The translations under genes and the position numbers were made by a program. Positions 58,763 through 64,000 of a stretch of 64,000 nucleotides of DNA are shown piece by piece. Where the stretch lies: positions 96,001 through 160,000 of the IMG/VR virus record IMGVR_UViG_3300045988_138996; one strand, 5' to 3'. The number at the start of each line of letters is the position of its first letter. Positions within the stretch are counted from its first letter, which is position 1. Below the pieces are notes generated by a model. The model saw only the letters and a list, made by a program, of their open reading frames with translations. It did not search any database and was not told the DNA's origin. The DNA comes from a virus.

Positions 58763-59453
58763 GATTAGTCAAAAACTTACCGTTAAAGATATCGGTATTG
58801 TTTTAGACGATAAAGATACAATTAGTACTATTAGCCATCCGATTCCAGCTCGTAAAGCTAATCAATCTGATATTATTAATACACAAATTACGAATTATAA
58901 ATTTGGTATCAATAATTTAAATTTGAAATACGATAATGCTACACTAACATCTGGCACAATATCTAAGTTAATTCAAATAGGTAAATGTGATTATGTTACA
59001 TTAAATACATCGTTACATCAACAACGTAAAGAAGATTATTATGGCGTTGAATTTTCTATTATTGATAATAATAAAGAAAAGCCTATTATCCCATATAATC
59101 AATCACAAGTGATATATGAAAAATTATATTTAAAACTACCGTTACGTTTTCAAGCTAATAAAACAACTCCTATTATTGTTAACGAAGTAACGAAAGATGG
59201 TATAGTATTATATAATACATATAATACGTTATCAGATTTTGAAAATGATCGTAATGTAATCGATAATCAGATTGCTAGTAATAAAAAAGAATTAGTTGTA
59301 TCTTATGTACCGATTAAAGGAAAACGCATTGCAGTCGATAGCGATAAGATTTATTTGAAGATTATTAAACATGTATATGTCGGTAATATGCCTGTGAAGA
59401 TTGAAAATATTATTATTAATGCTCATGGAGGAAAACTCGAATGGAAGATTTAA
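58746..59453 (+). CDS. hypothetical protein
   Basis: 235 aa with a 17-nt overlap with the previous ORF. No motif was recognised. Confidence 0.6.
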   Translation: MAEETKISQKLTVKDIGIVLDDKDTISTISHPIPARKANQSDIINTQITNYKFGINNLNLKYDNATLTSGTISKLIQIGKCDYVTLNTSLHQQRKEDYYGVEFSIIDNNKEKPIIPYNQSQVIYEKLYLKLPLRFQANKTTPIIVNEVTKDGIVLYNTYNTLSDFENDRNVIDNQIASNKKELVVSYVPIKGKRIAVDSDKIYLKIIKHVYVGNMPVKIENIIINAHGGKLEWKI

Positions 59454-60820
59454 AAAATACGACTGTCCGACAAGCCTATCTTCAAGCATTAGCCGACGAT
59501 AAAAAATTTGATGTATATAAAAAGAAATCGTTATTAAGTCCGAATCAACCATTATTCGAACCTCATTATATTAATGACGAAGAAGAAATATCTTACGATA
59601 ACGTTAACCAGAACGTTCTTGAAACGTCGTTCGATATTTTAAATCTTAGTATGAATGTCATCGATAACGTAAGCGAAATTGAAAATTTAATGTACGATGT
59701 CGATGAGCGTATTAAAAGTATCGACGAAAAGATTCAGGCCGAAGAAGAACGTGTTAAAGACGTTAATATGATTTGCGGAAATATAACAGACTTCAATACG
59801 ATCATCCCGTTAACAGTTAATAACTTTTCAATTAAATCTACATTATATCAATATCGTAATTGTATAACAGCTTCTCAAGTTAATGAGAAAAAAGCTACTT
59901 TACGCTTAATTAATATTAATGGTAATGGTTTTGTCGGTAACGATTATATCGTATCTAAACAATCTGATTTAGTTATGCAAAAAGATTTAATGGATATGTC
60001 TAACGAATCGTATATGTATGATACAATCGGCAATTTATTTTGGGAATATAGCCGATTGTTTAGTTATGATTCTGTTAATAAATCTGATATTGTAAATATC
60101 GATGATTTGCCAGTTCAAGTTCAACTTACATTTCAGTCAATATCTAATGATGGCGTAAATGAAATCGTATTCTCTGATACAAGTGAAGTTCATATTACGG
60201 CTATCGAAATATCTGACGATAACGTAAATTGGCATACGACGTTCGAAGGCGATATCATTCCGAATAAGCAAGATAATAGTTACTCTGATTTTACATATAT
60301 ATATGGTACTGGTGCTTTAGTATTTCCGACAACACAATTCGTAAGACTATCGATGTATAGCCATAAGATTGACGATAATAAAATTAAGATTAATAATACG
60401 ATTAATCCTAATATTTCTCGTAAAGTTATTCGTATCACGTCGGTCGAAGGTCGTCGAACAGAATTTAACAACGGAACTGGATTGACTCCAAACTTAATCG
60501 AATCTGGTCGTGCGATTGCTGTCGGTATATTCTGTAATGAATATGTTCCGGATTTTATTAGGAATAATTTACGAAACGAAGTTACGTATACATTAATTAT
60601 TAATGGTAAACAATATAATGTCGTTCCTATTAATAGTAATCGACGCGGAATTAAATTTATTAAATATTCGAAGACATCATTAAAAGAAAATTATGTCGAA
60701 TATATTAATGAGCCAATTTCAAGTATTCAAATTGGTTTAACAATTCCGACAACATATAATTATTCTCCATATTTAGCTAATTTTAAATTGTGTTTAGGAA
60801 AGCAGGTGTCTAATGTATAA
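59441..60820 (+). CDS. hypothetical protein (helical N-terminus + jelly-roll-like domain)
   Basis: 459 aa. The coiled-coil-like 'IENLMYDVDERIKSIDEKIQAEEERVKDV' is followed by 'VNEIVFSDTSEVHITAIEISDDNVNWHTTFEG', which has a discoidin/galactose-binding-like flavour. This is weak. Confidence 0.55.
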   Translation: MEDLKNTTVRQAYLQALADDKKFDVYKKKSLLSPNQPLFEPHYINDEEEISYDNVNQNVLETSFDILNLSMNVIDNVSEIENLMYDVDERIKSIDEKIQAEEERVKDVNMICGNITDFNTIIPLTVNNFSIKSTLYQYRNCITASQVNEKKATLRLININGNGFVGNDYIVSKQSDLVMQKDLMDMSNESYMYDTIGNLFWEYSRLFSYDSVNKSDIVNIDDLPVQVQLTFQSISNDGVNEIVFSDTSEVHITAIEISDDNVNWHTTFEGDIIPNKQDNSYSDFTYIYGTGALVFPTTQFVRLSMYSHKIDDNKIKINNTINPNISRKVIRITSVEGRRTEFNNGTGLTPNLIESGRAIAVGIFCNEYVPDFIRNNLRNEVTYTLIINGKQYNVVPINSNRRGIKFIKYSKTSLKENYVEYINEPISSIQIGLTIPTTYNYSPYLANFKLCLGKQVSNV

Positions 60821-61985
60821 AGATCAAGTTTATAAGTTAGAATATTATAAACAAAAATTGATTAGTCAATCACTTTCTCTCGGTGAGTTTTTAAATGAAA
60901 GCTCATTAGATTCTGCGCTCGAAGATTACGAAACACAATTTGCTTTATTTAAACATCGATATATTCAAAAAGGATCGAAACTCGACGTAAAAGATTTTAA
61001 TAATGAATTAGCTATTCTCTATCAAGATCTATTAATTTTATATCAAGTTATGTATGATATAACGATTAAGAGATTTAATAAAACTAAAGAATTAGTATCG
61101 ATTAAATTAAATGATTTAGAACGAATAGCCGATCAATATTATAGTCGTTGTAAGCTCGAAACGATTGCTATATTTGGTGATACGTTAGTATATCAAGCTG
61201 ATAATTTTGACATAACGAATAAAAATGGGAAAAGTTATATTAAGTTACCTAGTTTTACGACGTATGAAGGCGCTACGTTAGCATTTTTAGCAAGTGTCGA
61301 TAACTTAGACAATGCTAACGTTATTTTAGAATTAAATCCTAGTCAGAATATTCAGAATTATGAATCGAATGAAAATTTATTTGTCGTTCCTGGCGAACCA
61401 GAAATTACGACTAAATTTTTTGAATTAGATTCTAGCAACAAATATAACGGCAGTTTTATACTTGAACACAATCCAGATAATGCTTATCAAAGTCAATATT
61501 TTATTTATAGTGGTAAAGATATGATTAATATTGACGGACGCTATATTAGTATTAGTGAGTATAATAAAACTGATTTTAGTACAGAATATAATATCGAGTT
61601 ATATATTTATAATGCAACACAGGCCGATTTTAATTTCTCGTTAGAACCATTACGATCTAATATTGATAATCATTATGTTACGATTAAAGATCGAGTTCAA
61701 AAGTTTACGTTTAAAATGGCACCGTATTCTCATTTATCAGTTAATACTAATGGTATTGTATTTTGTGCTGTCGACAAATGTCGAGTAAAGGATAATCGAT
61801 TATACTCTAGAACGTTTTATAATAATGTATATAGTTATATGTTAGAAACAGTTAGTTATAATAAAGAAGTAATATATACTAATCCAGTAGCTGTTATCGA
61901 TAATCCAATAAATAAAGAAATCAAAATTAAATCGTTAGCTGTTAAACAAAATAGGTATAGTGATTATGATCAAGTACAATATTAG
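60813..61985 (+). CDS. hypothetical protein (helical N-terminus + beta-rich domain)
   Basis: 390 aa with an 8-nt overlap. No motif was recognised. Confidence 0.6.
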   Translation: MYKDQVYKLEYYKQKLISQSLSLGEFLNESSLDSALEDYETQFALFKHRYIQKGSKLDVKDFNNELAILYQDLLILYQVMYDITIKRFNKTKELVSIKLNDLERIADQYYSRCKLETIAIFGDTLVYQADNFDITNKNGKSYIKLPSFTTYEGATLAFLASVDNLDNANVILELNPSQNIQNYESNENLFVVPGEPEITTKFFELDSSNKYNGSFILEHNPDNAYQSQYFIYSGKDMINIDGRYISISEYNKTDFSTEYNIELYIYNATQADFNFSLEPLRSNIDNHYVTIKDRVQKFTFKMAPYSHLSVNTNGIVFCAVDKCRVKDNRLYSRTFYNNVYSYMLETVSYNKEVIYTNPVAVIDNPINKEIKIKSLAVKQNRYSDYDQVQY

Positions 61986-62175
61986 AAATAACGGGCCGTG
62001 GGAATACGATAAATTTGTTCTAAATTATTATAATCTTCACAATGAAATTATGCTTAATAAAATTAAGTTAAATATTGAAGAATCTAGAAATAAACAGATC
62101 GACGATATTTATAATCGTACGTTAGAACAAAATCAAACGGCTAAGTTGTATCGTAAAATAAATTATACAGTCTGA
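61960..62175 (+). CDS. small hypothetical protein
   Basis: 71 aa. The start is GTG at 61960 or ATG at 61966. It overlaps the previous ORF by up to 26 nt and has a poor RBS. Evidence for coding is only its length and its fit into the gap. Confidence 0.35.
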   Translation: MIMIKYNIRNNGPWEYDKFVLNYYNLHNEIMLNKIKLNIEESRNKQIDDIYNRTLEQNQTAKLYRKINYTV

Positions 62176-62183
62176 GGTTATTA

Positions 62184-63326
62184 ATGGAAGTAAAAAAGAC
62201 ATCTAAATATTTTGTTGATTTAGTCAAATCGATGAAAGAAGATTATACGAATTTACAATCTTCTATTAATAATCAACATAATAGTTATAATAAGAAATTA
62301 GAAATAATGAATGCGATGTTAGAATATAACAATTCATTATCTTCTCGTCTCGAAAAAGATTTCGATGCATTGCGTGAAAATAATCGTATAGTCGAAGCGA
62401 TGTACGATGGAAATGCTATGCATCGTAAAAATATATTTAATAGTAACAAAGTATTATTTGTTGATAGCAATAAGATATTAAAAAATAATTCTTCTTACGA
62501 CACATATGGTAATTGTGTTCATCCTAAAATTATCGGCAATCTAGAAAATGTTTTGAATTTTAATAGTTCTGTCGGTTATATTTTTAAACCATCAGCAACT
62601 GTTTCTATTAACGGTGAAAGTAATTCTGAATATGTAAATATTTTGAAGCACGATACAATTGCCGATAAGGCTCCTGTGTTCGATCAGTATACGAGTAATG
62701 TATTAACTGTTACGATTGATTTTCCAGATAATCCATTAGTCGGTGCTACGAATTGTAATGCTATTGAATTATCACCATTTTTAGCTGGTGCTGCCGTATT
62801 AAAAGCAATTACGATTATTACGACACCTGGTACTCAGTTGTCAAACGATGCGATTATTATGGATTACGATCAACCATTAGAAGATACAAGGATTTTGTTT
62901 GATAGCATATATGCTATCAAAACTTTAACGTTATCTTTTGATTTAACATTTACTAATAATTTAGGTTTATATCCATTCGGATTGCGACATATTTATTTGT
63001 ATAATGCTAATTTCGATACAGAACGTAGCAATATCGTTATTCGTAACGATTATCAAAATCTTATTAAATATATTGACGATGGTATTATTATTTCTAATCA
63101 AGACGGTAGTAATACATCGAATAAATATTCGGCTCATGAAACTACATGCAGCGAACAAGGTATTAAATTATATAGCTATTATGCTAATAATAATTTATTA
63201 TATCAAATCGAAACCCATACACGAGATTTAGCAAATCAATTATCTAGGAATACGAAAGTATTTTATGCCGATATCCCTGTAAAGAAAGCAATGTATTCTA
63301 TTGAGTTTAAGAAAGTCCGTACTTAG
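62184..63326 (+). CDS. hypothetical protein (helical N-terminus + beta-rich domain)
   Basis: 380 aa with RBS GAGGT. The stop codon TAG lies in the loop of the downstream terminator hairpin. Confidence 0.6.
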   Translation: MEVKKTSKYFVDLVKSMKEDYTNLQSSINNQHNSYNKKLEIMNAMLEYNNSLSSRLEKDFDALRENNRIVEAMYDGNAMHRKNIFNSNKVLFVDSNKILKNNSSYDTYGNCVHPKIIGNLENVLNFNSSVGYIFKPSATVSINGESNSEYVNILKHDTIADKAPVFDQYTSNVLTVTIDFPDNPLVGATNCNAIELSPFLAGAAVLKAITIITTPGTQLSNDAIIMDYDQPLEDTRILFDSIYAIKTLTLSFDLTFTNNLGLYPFGLRHIYLYNANFDTERSNIVIRNDYQNLIKYIDDGIIISNQDGSNTSNKYSAHETTCSEQGIKLYSYYANNNLLYQIETHTRDLANQLSRNTKVFYADIPVKKAMYSIEFKKVRT

Positions 63327-63340
63327 TACGGGCTTTTTTT
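63315..63340 (+). terminator. rho-independent terminator
   Basis: 'GTCCGTAC tta GTACGGGC' forms an 8-bp stem with one G-U pair, followed by TTTTTTT and then aTTTTT. Confidence 0.75.
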
Positions 63341-63362
63341 ATTTTTATTCTTATGGTATAAT
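63334..63362 (+). promoter_or_regulatory. sigma70/sigmaA-type promoter candidate with extended -10 (TGgTATAAT)
   Basis: TG at 63354-63355 and TATAAT at 63357-63362. The -35 region is only a T-tract. It lies 42 nt upstream of the ATG at 63404, which has a strong RBS, AAGGAG. Confidence 0.45.
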
Positions 63363-63403
63363 AATAAAGAACAATGTAAAAGTCCACGAAGGAGAAATAA
63401 CCT

Positions 63404-64000
63404 ATGATTGATGCTATGTGGTACGAAGCCAATATTCTTGGTCATTCTACCGATAAGACATATATAACTCAATATACAATCGATTATCTATATGATAATG
63501 ATATGAACGATTACGATATCATAAAGATTCTGTCCACGTTTAAAAAAGAATCGATTAAATATTGTGATCTGCCTAATTCTTTATGGAATGATAGTTTACT
63601 TAAACGTGATACTTATTATTTCAACTCTAAACTGCAAATTCTATCGAAGCCACCAACTCTTTCGATAGATGCTAATATCACGCCTAAAGATATTAAATTT
63701 TTTAAAGAAATGAAAATTTCGTTTACGAAGGACGATTTACTACGTTTCTTTTATTCAAAATCTAATTCTTTAATCGTAAAAGATTATAATCGTGATATAG
63801 GTGCTATCGATTATTTGTTAAATCGATATAATAATCAACTTATGGAATCTGTCGACATTTGTTTATATTTAATAGATGAATACTCTTATTGCGTAAGTTC
63901 ATTATTAAATTTAACAAATTACGAAGTCGATATTCTCGATAAAGTAAATACAATATATTATGATAACTATAGATCAGGCACAAATAGAATTATATACAGA
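63404..64000 (+). CDS. 3'-truncated hypothetical protein (start of a new transcription unit)
   Basis: Not in the supplied ORF track because there is no stop before the window ends. My own translation gives 'MIDAMWYEANILGHSTDKTYITQYTIDYLYDNDMNDYDIIKILSTFKKESIKYCDLPNSLWNDSLLKRDTYYFNSKLQILSKPP...', 199 codons open to nt 64000. RBS AAGGAG sits 8 nt upstream. No motif was recognised. Confidence 0.6.
   Translation, partial: MIDAMWYEANILGHSTDKTYITQYTIDYLYDNDMNDYDIIKILSTFKKESIKYCDLPNSLWNDSLLKRDTYYFNSKLQILSKPPTLSIDANITPKDIKFFKEMKISFTKDDLLRFFYSKSNSLIVKDYNRDIGAIDYLLNRYNNQLMESVDICLYLIDEYSYCVSSLLNLTNYEVDILDKVNTIYYDNYRSGTNRIIYR

Noticed and set aside
1994-63158. About 35 minus-strand ORFs of 60-135 aa (for example 43807..44214, 6519..6851, 25586..25882) and several nested plus-strand ORFs (for example 2930..3124, 3511..3720, 17917..18120).
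   Set aside because: All lie entirely inside long, motif-bearing plus-strand ORFs, lack RBSs, and have the Ile/Phe/Asn/Ser-rich composition expected from out-of-frame reading of AT-rich coding DNA. I treated them as spurious.
1-64000. A scan for tRNA, rRNA, CRISPR repeats, integrase, transposase, reverse transcriptase with TR/VR pairs (DGR), and invertible fibre segments.
   Set aside because: Intergenic space is nearly absent (the largest gaps are about 75 nt). I saw no repeated spacers or long DNA repeats, no recombinase or RT motifs, and all fibre genes are co-oriented.

Overview
The window is AT-rich (roughly 30% GC by eye), and every credible gene is on the + strand. Genes are tightly packed, with ATGA/TAATG start-stop overlaps and Shine-Dalgarno-type ribosome-binding sites (RBS). 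I see only three intrinsic terminators. It reads as the late tail/baseplate/fibre region of a large contractile-tailed phage, or a phage-derived contractile particle, from a low-GC, SD-using host.

Gene order:
- a 5'-truncated structural gene (sheath candidate by position only)
- a tube-like gene
- two chaperone-like ORFs
- three consecutive giant ORFs of 2067, 2569 and 3176 aa (23.4 kb in total)
- a gpV/XkdR-like spike
- a gp25/W-like wedge protein
- a baseplate-J-like protein
- a 1694-aa protein with a Mu gp48/XkdU-like N-terminus
- a long run of fibre and receptor-binding proteins
- a terminator-delimited block of six unknown proteins
- a terminator plus promoter, then the start of a new unit

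Main observations:
1. The 2569-aa ORF has DEDDh 3'-5' exonuclease motifs at its N-terminus. Further along it carries the signature of a two-barrel RNA polymerase (..DRQP..SM..KV..IRTN..KADHDGD..).
2. The 3176-aa hub fusion starts with a staphylococcal-nuclease-like domain. Together these suggest a tail-delivered polymerase plus nuclease cargo set that I do not recognise as a described arrangement.
3. At the DNA level, the tetranucleotide TCGA is strongly over-represented in all three codon phases. The exception is a 1.5-2 kb trough inside the largest fibre gene.

I saw no tRNA, rRNA, CRISPR array, integrase, transposase or peptidoglycan-hydrolase motif. All functional calls are motif or pattern recognition by eye. 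No searches or structure predictions were run, and the counts quoted are hand counts.
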